The position numbers and the translations under genes were made by a program. From a virus (taxonomy: Duplodnaviria > Caudoviricetes), in IMG/VR virus record IMGVR_UViG_3300023060_000001, positions 32,001-96,000 of that record: a stretch of 64,000 nucleotides of DNA; one strand, 5' to 3'. Below the pieces are notes generated by a model. The model had not been told where the DNA came from, did not search any database, and worked only from the letters and a program-made list of their open reading frames with translations. How positions within the stretch are numbered: the stretch's first letter is position 1; each line of letters starts with the position of its first letter. Below are positions 19,112-26,613 of the stretch, piece by piece.

Positions 19112-19549
19112 TCAACACCTCCACTTGCAAACCACCTTACGCCAAATAGCAGCCACTCTCACAAAAGTATAATTTACAAAAGTTTTCCCTTTACAAAGTC
19201 CACACTCTTTCATCACTTGTTTATAATATTTATGAATTGTCACTTTGTCATAACCGTCTAACCCGTGAGAATGTCTATACATTTGGCGTAAAACGTCTAA
19301 CACTAAGCTTGGCAAGTACATCACACTTTCACCATGAACAGTGATTTCCTCTTTACCAGTGCAATTCCACACATTCCAACTGTACCCTTTATAAATAATC
19401 AACTTACCAGAAGGGTGTATTTCTGCCAACAATGTATTCCTTTCTGCACAACCCCTTGCGTAAATGTAATGTGGTGTGCCGCTGTAGGGAGGCGTTTTAA
19501 AGGTGATTTCGCAGTAGGTGGTGTAATCGTATAAGTTTCCATTTTTCAT
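19112..19549 (-). CDS. Hypothetical protein (possibly a diverged DUF1353-like protein)
   Basis: KGYSW..PSLVLDVLRQ resembles the GYxWD..SLVHD family; has its own promoter near 19585-19614. Confidence 0.4.
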   Translation of the reverse strand: MKNGNLYDYTTYCEITFKTPPYSGTPHYIYARGCAERNTLLAEIHPSGKLIIYKGYSWNVWNCTGKEEITVHGESVMYLPSLVLDVLRQMYRHSHGLDGYDKVTIHKYYKQVMKECGLCKGKTFVNYTFVRVAAIWRKVVCKWRC

Positions 19550-19623
19550 AGCTCTACGGCCTTAATAGAAGGGTTATTTGTAATAATTATATGCTTGTTG
19601 TAAAGGGTTGTCAAATTTCAGGC

Positions 19624-19662
19624 AAGAAAAAAGCCCCAGCCGAGGAGAGGCGACTGGGGCTT
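19624..19662 (-). terminator. Rho-independent terminator with a CCUCUCCU loop
   Basis: AAGCCCCAGUCG/CGGCUGGGGCUU stem plus UUUU. Confidence 0.85.
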
Positions 19663-19819
19663 GGAGTTTCCTCAAAAGAGGAGTTCCCTTTTAAAGGGAT
19701 GCACCATAAGGTATGGTGCGAGGAGAGATCTTGAGGAAAGATCAATTTTATTATTGTTATTGGAATTTTTGTTAATTTTAAGGAGATTATTTCGGTCTAG
19801 TTGCCATTGGTTAATCCTC
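19624..19819 (-). ncRNA. Candidate multi-hairpin small RNA or 3' UTR with repeated anti-SD motifs
   Basis: Five consecutive hairpins, five CUCCU/UCCUC motifs and an ARN-rich segment. Confidence 0.45.
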
Positions 19820-21220
19820 TTAATAACTCGATATATTACCGTTTCTAGCGCCTGTGCCAGAGTGGTTTTTTAAATAGGCATTAGCCGTGCCGCTAGCTGT
19901 AACTCCGATACTGGTCGAAAAGTCAGTGCAACTCTCTAACCACATTTCAGCAGCACCAGACCAAACCCCAAAGCCGCCGTAATTAATCGGACCTCCGTTG
20001 ATTATATCCCCCTCAGATTGACCCGCAGTAGATCCAAAATGCCAAACTTGAGTGCCATCACCAACATGCCCCGCATTAGTGCCTATAGAGCCTAGCCAAT
20101 TCCCACCAATATCAATAGCTTTTAGACCATCATGCACTGTAATTCCGTTGTTTGATGTAGACGTATTGTCTATATATCCGTTATCAAAACCAGTGCAGTT
20201 AACTGTAAGCATTGATGGACTGACCTCGCCCTCTACATGCAAGTTAAAACCATCTTTACTATTCAGTGACACATCAGAATTGAATGCTGCAAAAAGCCCG
20301 CAACCAAGTATTTGACATCCGTCTTTTGGTGTTCCACCGCCACCACCCCCGTATGCTAGGTTGAAGCTACAACCATTAACAACAACGTAATTATCTATAC
20401 CACCCCTTACGCTAAAGGCACCGTCATTACCTCCGATACATTTAATGCCACTCATATAGATATTGTGATTACCTGAAAAGCTAGCACCCTCCGCGCTCAA
20501 CCCTATCAAAGTGTTGCCGTTACTTGCTGGAGCTGAGTTAAACGTGTGAACGTAAACTGTCACGTTATCTGTGTAAAAACTACCAGACAGGGCGTTACAC
20601 TCAGATATAGATCCCACTTCTGTGTAAAGTTTTGACGATGCCCTTTTCGATAGCGATGATGGGTCTATAACAGCAAGAGCGTTAGATCTTGCTGTCTCAT
20701 ACACAAAATCCTGCCCCGCTGTTTTTGTGTAAGTTAACTCATCAAAAGTTCCAGTTATAACATCCCCGTAAACTGACTCTATTGATATGGGCGCTGTTAA
20801 GGCTTTAATTGCGTTTGCGTGACCGATTGATTTAAACCTACTGTAGATACCACCTTTTACTAATATTCTGGTTGGCAACCCGCTAGATATTGCCGTGTCT
20901 ATTGCCGCACCTATAGCTCTTTCAGCTTGCGCCCAGCTTGTTCCGTCACCTGAACTGTCAGGCTTGTTTGAGTCTACATATAAAGTGTTTGTAAAAACGC
21001 TAAAATCAATTAAATCTTCAGGCTTTAGATTGCACTGATAAGTGCCACCAACTTTTGCAGCATATACTTCTGGTAGATCTTCAGGCCAGTTAAACCCTGC
21101 TGGGCTTGCTGTGTATTGAATACCTGAATCAATCAATCCATTAACCGTTTCTGCTATTTCTGCACCTGTACTATTACCCGCCGCACCTTTAGCGCCTGCT
21201 ACTAATTTAATAATTGCCAT
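19820..21220 (-). CDS. Putative fibre/spike protein with a parallel beta-helix domain
   Basis: LYVDSN..GDGTSWAQA and repeated DGF/NGI turns; G/N/S-rich. Confidence 0.6.
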   Translation of the reverse strand: MAIIKLVAGAKGAAGNSTGAEIAETVNGLIDSGIQYTASPAGFNWPEDLPEVYAAKVGGTYQCNLKPEDLIDFSVFTNTLYVDSNKPDSSGDGTSWAQAERAIGAAIDTAISSGLPTRILVKGGIYSRFKSIGHANAIKALTAPISIESVYGDVITGTFDELTYTKTAGQDFVYETARSNALAVIDPSSLSKRASSKLYTEVGSISECNALSGSFYTDNVTVYVHTFNSAPASNGNTLIGLSAEGASFSGNHNIYMSGIKCIGGNDGAFSVRGGIDNYVVVNGCSFNLAYGGGGGGTPKDGCQILGCGLFAAFNSDVSLNSKDGFNLHVEGEVSPSMLTVNCTGFDNGYIDNTSTSNNGITVHDGLKAIDIGGNWLGSIGTNAGHVGDGTQVWHFGSTAGQSEGDIINGGPINYGGFGVWSGAAEMWLESCTDFSTSIGVTASGTANAYLKNHSGTGARNGNISSY

Positions 21221-21432
21221 TATCGCTCACTCCATAATTCAGAATTTTCATCCATTACGGATGCGTTGTATATTGCACCTGTACTATCTAAAAATGTATC
21301 CTCTTCTACAGGGATATGAGGTGAGAATTTCCTAGATGATGAGCTTGTAGATGGTAAGCTAATACTAACACTCACTATTCCACTTAGAGAAGACTTTTTA
21401 ACAGGTGTCTCCTGTACGATCTTAACCTTCAT
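21220..21432 (-). CDS. Hypothetical protein
   Basis: Coupled to 19820 by a TAATG overlap; promoter upstream. Confidence 0.55.
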   Translation of the reverse strand: MKVKIVQETPVKKSSLSGIVSVSISLPSTSSSSRKFSPHIPVEEDTFLDSTGAIYNASVMDENSELWSER

Positions 21433-21499
21433 AAAATTTTAAACCTTTTAAATATTGTAATAATTGTTTAAATAGTATAACACATTTACTAAAATTATA

Positions 21500-22006
21500 C
21501 TAATTTACAGAAGGTTCATCATTATCAAATTGAATATCTAAATAAGGGGCGAACTCTTCTTCAATTTCTTCATCTTCTAAATTAGAATTAGCCTTCTCTT
21601 GGGCAAGTTTAAGTTTACGCTCTGCCTCTGCTAAAGCTTTCTGTTCCTTTTCAAAAGCATTATTATTATCCAGCACTTTAGATACTACTGTTAACTGGGT
21701 ATTCTCTTTGTACTTAGTTGGATTATACGCTGGAACATACTCATTCAGGAACATAGGGTTATCTTTAGAAGGTTTCTTAGATGCATCAAAATTAGGATTC
21801 TGTACTTGTACAATATTAGCTTTACCTATGTTAGAAGGATCAGTACTTTCATCAATATCTAAAACAAGTCTTTCTAAAATGTCCATACTCTTACCAGAAA
21901 GTTTTGCCATACGTTTTTGTACACGTACATAAGCAATCTGATGAGCATTCTTCATTTGATCTTCTAATAAAGGAGCACCACCTTTGTTGGTTTTATCATC
22001 TGCCAT
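21500..22006 (-). CDS. Hypothetical protein, candidate terminase small subunit
   Basis: Size, upstream position relative to terL, acidic tail. Confidence 0.35.
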   Translation of the reverse strand: MADDKTNKGGAPLLEDQMKNAHQIAYVRVQKRMAKLSGKSMDILERLVLDIDESTDPSNIGKANIVQVQNPNFDASKKPSKDNPMFLNEYVPAYNPTKYKENTQLTVVSKVLDNNNAFEKEQKALAEAERKLKLAQEKANSNLEDEEIEEEFAPYLDIQFDNDEPSVN

Positions 22007-22020
22007 AATAGGGTCACCTT

Positions 22021-22302
22021 TTAATAATCTGCACTTCTATCAATATTAACTTCAATCAAAGTAGCAATCTCTTCCATCAAATCATACTCACTTTCATGAA
22101 TACCTTCATATTCAGAATAATCACTACCTGTTGAAGATTGACAACGCGAGCACATATCTTCTTCTACTATTGGATAATTACCATTGCTACCATCTAATGT
22201 GATCTTAGTGACTTTATTCGGATTAGTTTTATGTGGAACGACTATTTTCTTGAATTGTCTGGTGCGTGGTAATTCTTTGTTGCAGCTTACACATCTACAC
22301 AT
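22021..22302 (-). CDS. Hypothetical zinc-binding protein
   Basis: CVSC..CSRC; GAGG RBS. Confidence 0.55.
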   Translation of the reverse strand: MCRCVSCNKELPRTRQFKKIVVPHKTNPNKVTKITLDGSNGNYPIVEEDMCSRCQSSTGSDYSEYEGIHESEYDLMEEIATLIEVNIDRSADY

Positions 22303-22354
22303 GGAATACCTCTTGAATTTGGAAGGCTGTTAAAACAGCTCTTATTATTGTAAA

Positions 22355-22492
22355 ATATATTAATAAAGAGCACAAGGCTCTTGAGGAGGTCTATTATGAA
22401 AATAGTATTATGAAGATTAAAGAATGGATGTTCTTTATTAATATATCTCTGTTTATGTTGTAATTATAACACTTTGTTTAAGGGTGTGTCAA
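22355..22492 (-). promoter_or_regulatory. Sigma70 promoter plus a structured leader (terminator/antiterminator)
   Basis: TTGACA (22487-92), N18, TATAAT (22463-68). An 18-bp inverted repeat 22355-72/22429-46 overlaps the hairpin AAGAGCCUUGUGCUCUU. Confidence 0.6.
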
Positions 22493-22497
22493 ATGGA

Positions 22498-22567
22498 TGC
22501 CTTCGGTTGGAATTGAACCAACATATCCTCATTAAAAGTAAGTCGCTTACCAGTTAGCTACGAAGGC
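22498..22567 (-). tRNA. tRNA-Lys(UUU), atypical
   Basis: GCCTTCG/CGAAGGC acceptor stem; loop CT TTT AA; T-arm GTTGG TTCAATT CCAAC; 27:43 mismatch; followed by TCCA rather than an in-register CCA. Confidence 0.75.
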
Positions 22568-22568
22568 T

Positions 22569-22645
22569 TGGCACAAGAGGTAAGATTCGAACTTACAACC
22601 GTCTCCTTAGAAGGGAGATGAACTATCCAATTGTTCTACTCTTGC
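22569..22645 (-). tRNA. tRNA-Arg(UCU)
   Basis: Full cloverleaf; TCTCC CT TCT AA GGAGA; GTTCGAATC; encoded CCA. Confidence 0.93.
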
Positions 22646-22653
22646 TAAAAATA

Positions 22654-22744
22654 AATAACCCTATCCACAGTAGCGACTCTGTGTGCAAGTCGGGTTAACT
22701 CTTGCATAAAGACACCTGATGCCAATAAAGACAACGGCTCCTAG
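22654..22744 (-). ncRNA. Unidentified pseudoknotted RNA, copy 1
   Basis: Three hairpins plus loop UAACCC pairing with 3' GGGUUA; stems covary with copy 2. Confidence 0.7.
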
Positions 22745-22930
22745 CCTACATACCTAATATATTTTATATACACCGCACAGGTACATCCTTCTACTTCCAA
22801 GCTTTGCTTTTCAGCTTCTGCGGTAACGGTTTAATTCCAACTTACAATCAAGTTACCATACAATTGTACATCAGAGATAGGGCGGTAGGATAAGGAAAGA
22901 TATACAATCTTCCATACACCCCTTTTAAAA

Positions 22931-23019
22931 AATAACCCTGTTCGAGTAGCGACTCTCGTGCAGATCGGGTCAGCTTCTGCATAAAGACACCGTTAGCTAG
23001 TAAGCATAACAGTTCCTAA
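22931..23019 (-). ncRNA. Unidentified pseudoknotted RNA, copy 2
   Basis: Same conserved blocks (GGUGUCUUUAUGCA, ACCCGA, GAGUCGCUACU, AGGGUUAUU) with compensatory stem changes. Confidence 0.7.
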
Positions 23020-23081
23020 GGTATTCTCTATGTAACCAAATTCACTCCCTTTTATAGAAGTAACTACTTTCAGTTACATTA

Positions 23082-23435
23082 TTAATAACCTGAAAGTTGT
23101 TCTAATACTTTAGATTCAATCTTAGCTAAAATGCATTTAAGATTGTCAGATACATCACTTTTACCTGAGGATAATCTACTGTAGAGAATACCCAAGCCAT
23201 CAATGATATCTACGGTAAAGTGACTATCTTTTTCTAATAGGTCTAAATTAGCCTTAATCTTTCCCTCTATAGACTTTAGTACACCCACTGTATCATGTCT
23301 TAGATAGTTATCTTCTCGGAAAATCCTAACATGAAGCTTACCTAAAGTATCTAACTTACCTAAAATTTCCTGAACACTCATTAATCTCTCCTCCTGTGTT
23401 AATAAATTTAGGTGAAAAGTCAATTCCTGCTGCAC
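23082..23435 (-). CDS. Hypothetical protein
   Basis: RBS and an upstream TTGACA..TATACT promoter. Confidence 0.55.
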   Translation of the reverse strand: MQQELTFHLNLLTQEERLMSVQEILGKLDTLGKLHVRIFREDNYLRHDTVGVLKSIEGKIKANLDLLEKDSHFTVDIIDGLGILYSRLSSGKSDVSDNLKCILAKIESKVLEQLSGY

Positions 23436-23484
23436 AATTCACCTTATACGATTAAGTATACACTAATTTAAAATGTTGTCAACT

Positions 23485-24201
23485 TTATTGAAGTAAACTT
23501 TCAACAAATGCTTGTTCCTTTTCATCATTCCATTTCACATTAGCAAGTAACCATTGTACATAAGAAAGATCCTCTTGCACCAAATCAACCCACTTCTTAC
23601 CTTGGTCTTTGTACTTGTTGAAATCACACACTTCAATATTATTAACCTTGGGTGCAATTAGTGTGTACGCTTCATCAACAGTGAGATTATATTTTTCCAA
23701 CATGGCAACCAATACGTTAGCGGTCATTAACGCATCGGGCAGCGCAGAGTGTGCATCTCCAATAAACTCTTTACCAAAAGGGTCTTTGTAGCAACCTAGA
23801 TAATAGAATAAAGTGGTATTCTTATGATCACCAGATTCACCTTTTGGTATAAGTTTCCTTGCTAGTTTCAAAGTACATAACAATTTCACATCGTCAGGAA
23901 TAAACCCTTCTGGAAAGAACTTTTCATCAAATTGCATATTGTGGCAAACTACATACTTTGTTGATGGGTGAATTTTAAACTTAGGTAGCACTTTATCAAT
24001 AGTAGGTTTATCTGCCACCATTTCATTTGTGATGCCTGTGATACCCATTGCACCCCATGTAATATCCTTTTCTGGATTGATGTACGCACTTTTGCATGTG
24101 CTTTTGATAAGTTGATATTTCTTATCTAATCGACATTTACCAATTTGAGTTGCTTTTGGATCGCCTAATCCTGTTGCCTCAAAATCAAATACTTCTATCA
24201 T
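23485..24201 (-). CDS. DEDDh 3'-5' exonuclease (DnaQ/ExoX-like)
   Basis: FDFEATG, HNMQFD and AHSALPD motifs. Confidence 0.9.
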   Translation of the reverse strand: MIEVFDFEATGLGDPKATQIGKCRLDKKYQLIKSTCKSAYINPEKDITWGAMGITGITNEMVADKPTIDKVLPKFKIHPSTKYVVCHNMQFDEKFFPEGFIPDDVKLLCTLKLARKLIPKGESGDHKNTTLFYYLGCYKDPFGKEFIGDAHSALPDALMTANVLVAMLEKYNLTVDEAYTLIAPKVNNIEVCDFNKYKDQGKKWVDLVQEDLSYVQWLLANVKWNDEKEQAFVESLLQ

Positions 24202-25576
24202 GTTTTCTCCTCTAGTTTATGTAGTAATTCCGTTAACCATTCTAGGACGTTGTTAGCTTCTTCTGATTCAGGGTTCTCCAGTGTTGATAAGTAAGCTCCG
24301 TGGTGTATAGATGCTAACTCGTCTATTAAATCTTCTTTACTCATTAGGTAACTCCATATAAACATCATCCCAATAAATATCACCTTGTGGAGTACGTTCC
24401 CACTCAAAAGCCTCTGTTAAAGTTTCGTCCCAATTGAACACAGGGCTATCTTTACTAGGTACATAACCTCTGTAAGCAAGTGTAAGATCTTCTAAAGCAG
24501 CCACCTTTCCGATGACACCTGATACCTCTAAAAACAATCGAGATTGCGTTAAAAGGGGTTTATTTTCGATAATTGAATCTTGTTTCATGTTATAACCTCA
24601 TCCAAGTTTGATAATCCGCTTCTGTTAAATGTGAATCCTCTTGTTCCTCAAGTTTATACTTGTGTTCTTCACATGCTAATTCAGCACTCCAACTTCTTCG
24701 GTAAATGGCATCAACACGTTCACCATTCTTTTCAAGTTTACAAAAGGTGCAATACTTCATACCATTGTTTCTTTCTTTGGGTTTAATTTTTCTCATAATA
24801 ATTCTCCTTCTTTTTGTAAAAGGTAGAAAGGATCTTCTGCTGAAACAGACAACACATAACCATCAAGTACCCAATCCATAAAGTTAAGTCCGCAAGTAAA
24901 CTCTCCTTGTTCTTTAAAACCTTTCAGAGAAACTCCAACCTCTTCATAAAGTCTACTTTCAAATTCCACAATAGAATCTGTAGCGCAATCATCTTGCTGG
25001 AATAGTTTAATTAATTTCATAATAAGTCCTCTTTATAATCGACACACTTCAAACGTTCTGGTTCCCAATGCACAAATGAACAGCCATTACGGCATTTAAC
25101 ATTACCACTGGGCAGGAAACCTTCTACAGTAAGTAATCTTCCGTCAGGATCAACCACCACTTGATACTCTGATAATGGATAACCGTTCATATCTTTCTTC
25201 ATTTCATTTCCCCTAAAGGTAAATCTTTTACGAAGTCTAAATCTTTTTCCCATGCTTCTACAATTTCATTAAAACCTTCCCCATATTCTAAAGTGTACTT
25301 AAAATTAATACATGAGTTTGTTTCATAAGATTGTCTTTTTATAATAATACCTGTTGTAATAATATTAAACACTTGCACCTTAACTTTCTGGTTAAGCGAG
25401 TATTTGAATATAGTATCTTTGTAAGATTGTAATTCTTCAATAGCAATCCATGCTTGCATAATATCTTTACCGTCGTATTCTCCGTTACGTAACTTCTGAC
25501 ATAGATACTCTAAATCTTGTTTGTTCATAATATTTCTCCTCATAATTAGCTTTCCCAGAAACGAGAAAACCTTCAA
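24198..25576 (-). other. Cluster of about six small overlapping hypothetical genes (24198, 24337, 24590, 24793, 25017, 25199)
   Basis: Tandem ORFs with ATGA overlaps and RBSs behind the promoter at 25585-25613. Confidence 0.6.
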
Positions 25577-25613
25577 TAGAGGTGATTCTACTGAAGGTTT
25601 TGTGTTGTGTCAA
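25566..25613 (-). promoter_or_regulatory. Sigma70 promoter embedded in a terminator-like hairpin
   Basis: TTGACA-N17-TAGAAT; AAAACCTTCA/TGAAGGTTTT arms flank the -10 and +1. Confidence 0.65.
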
Positions 25614-25758
25614 GGGTTATTTGTTAAAAACCTTATAAGATTTACCATTAGATAAAGTTATTATTGTAGAAGATTCTCCACTTGCAATAAAAACTTCATC
25701 ACAACCCTACAATTTTCATCAGATAGAATTATTTTGGCTAGGTTTCCTTTTAATGCTT

Positions 25759-26598
25759 TCATGTATCTTCTTTTAGAATACAAAGCACTTCCTTTTTTGT
25801 TAAAAGAGGTCTATCCGAAGGTACCCATCCTGTGCATACTGGTAACAGGAAGTATTTACCTTTAGTATAAGATTTTTGAATATAGACTGACTTTCTTATA
25901 TCTTTGAGGTTATAACGTCTAAGGTTTCCCATTATACCTGATAACTCTGAGTTTAAAAGTAGGTCGGTTAAGTTAAAAAGTTTACTTTCCATAATATTAA
26001 CCTTTTTAAATTTCTCTATATTAAACTTATAGAACTTATTACCTTTATGGTGAAAAGTGTTTATATACCCTTTCGTTTCTAAGTGAAGTATATAAGTTTT
26101 CCACTTACTCCTGTGTACGGAAGTAAACCCCTTAATACCTGCTTCAATGAAAGACCTACATATAAAGAATAAGGTTGATAATCTCTGGTCTCCCTTATCA
26201 TTACCTCTATTAAGGTCTTTGTGCTTTATTTTTTGTCTAGATACATTATCAAATTTTAAGAGTTTTGCATAAACATAACCTTGTTTATCCCTAACAGGTA
26301 TTTTGTTAGAATAATTTAAAAACTCCTTTGATTTTTGGTAATCTCTTGAATTTTTAGATGACATCCTAAGAAGGGCGAATGCCATAGATACTTTCTCTGT
26401 ACCACTGGTAATTAGGAATAGAAGTTTATGAGCTATAAAATGCTCTTTATAAGTAAGTTTTACTAAGTTACCATCTTCATCTGAACCTCCCATGCTTCTT
26501 GGTAGTATGTGGTGTACTTCAAAATCACCGCCCTTTTCACAACCTCTTTTGGTTTTTCTATCTAAGCACAACTGCTCGTAAATCTTCTTATAGTTAAT
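25759..26598 (-). CDS. HNH homing endonuclease, probable AUU start
   Basis: EVHHILPRSMGGSDEDGNLVKLTYKEHFIAH; AAGGAG-N7-ATT AAC TAT AAG AAG ATT TAC gives the family N-terminus (M)NYKKIY. Confidence 0.8.
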   Translation of the reverse strand: MNYKKIYEQLCLDRKTKRGCEKGGDFEVHHILPRSMGGSDEDGNLVKLTYKEHFIAHKLLFLITSGTEKVSMAFALLRMSSKNSRDYQKSKEFLNYSNKIPVRDKQGYVYAKLLKFDNVSRQKIKHKDLNRGNDKGDQRLSTLFFICRSFIEAGIKGFTSVHRSKWKTYILHLETKGYINTFHHKGNKFYKFNIEKFKKVNIMESKLFNLTDLLLNSELSGIMGNLRRYNLKDIRKSVYIQKSYTKGKYFLLPVCTGWVPSDRPLLTKKEVLCILKEDT

Positions 26599-26613
26599 AG
26601 TAACACTCCTTTA

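Noticed and set aside
19624-19790. Plus-strand CsrB/RsmZ-like GGA-loop sponge
   Set aside because: The U-tail and the G.U pair in the terminator support the minus strand, and I see no plus-strand promoter. Not fully excluded without RNA data.
19661-19873. 70-aa plus-strand ORF
   Set aside because: It runs across the hairpin array antisense to the operon, with a TTG start and no supporting features.
22654-23019. Repeats as a CRISPR mini-array or a known small ribozyme or riboswitch
   Set aside because: There are only two ~90-nt diverged copies and no cas genes. The core motifs of hammerhead (CUGAUGA/GAAA), twister, pistol, hatchet, HDV-like and fluoride RNAs are not present in both copies.
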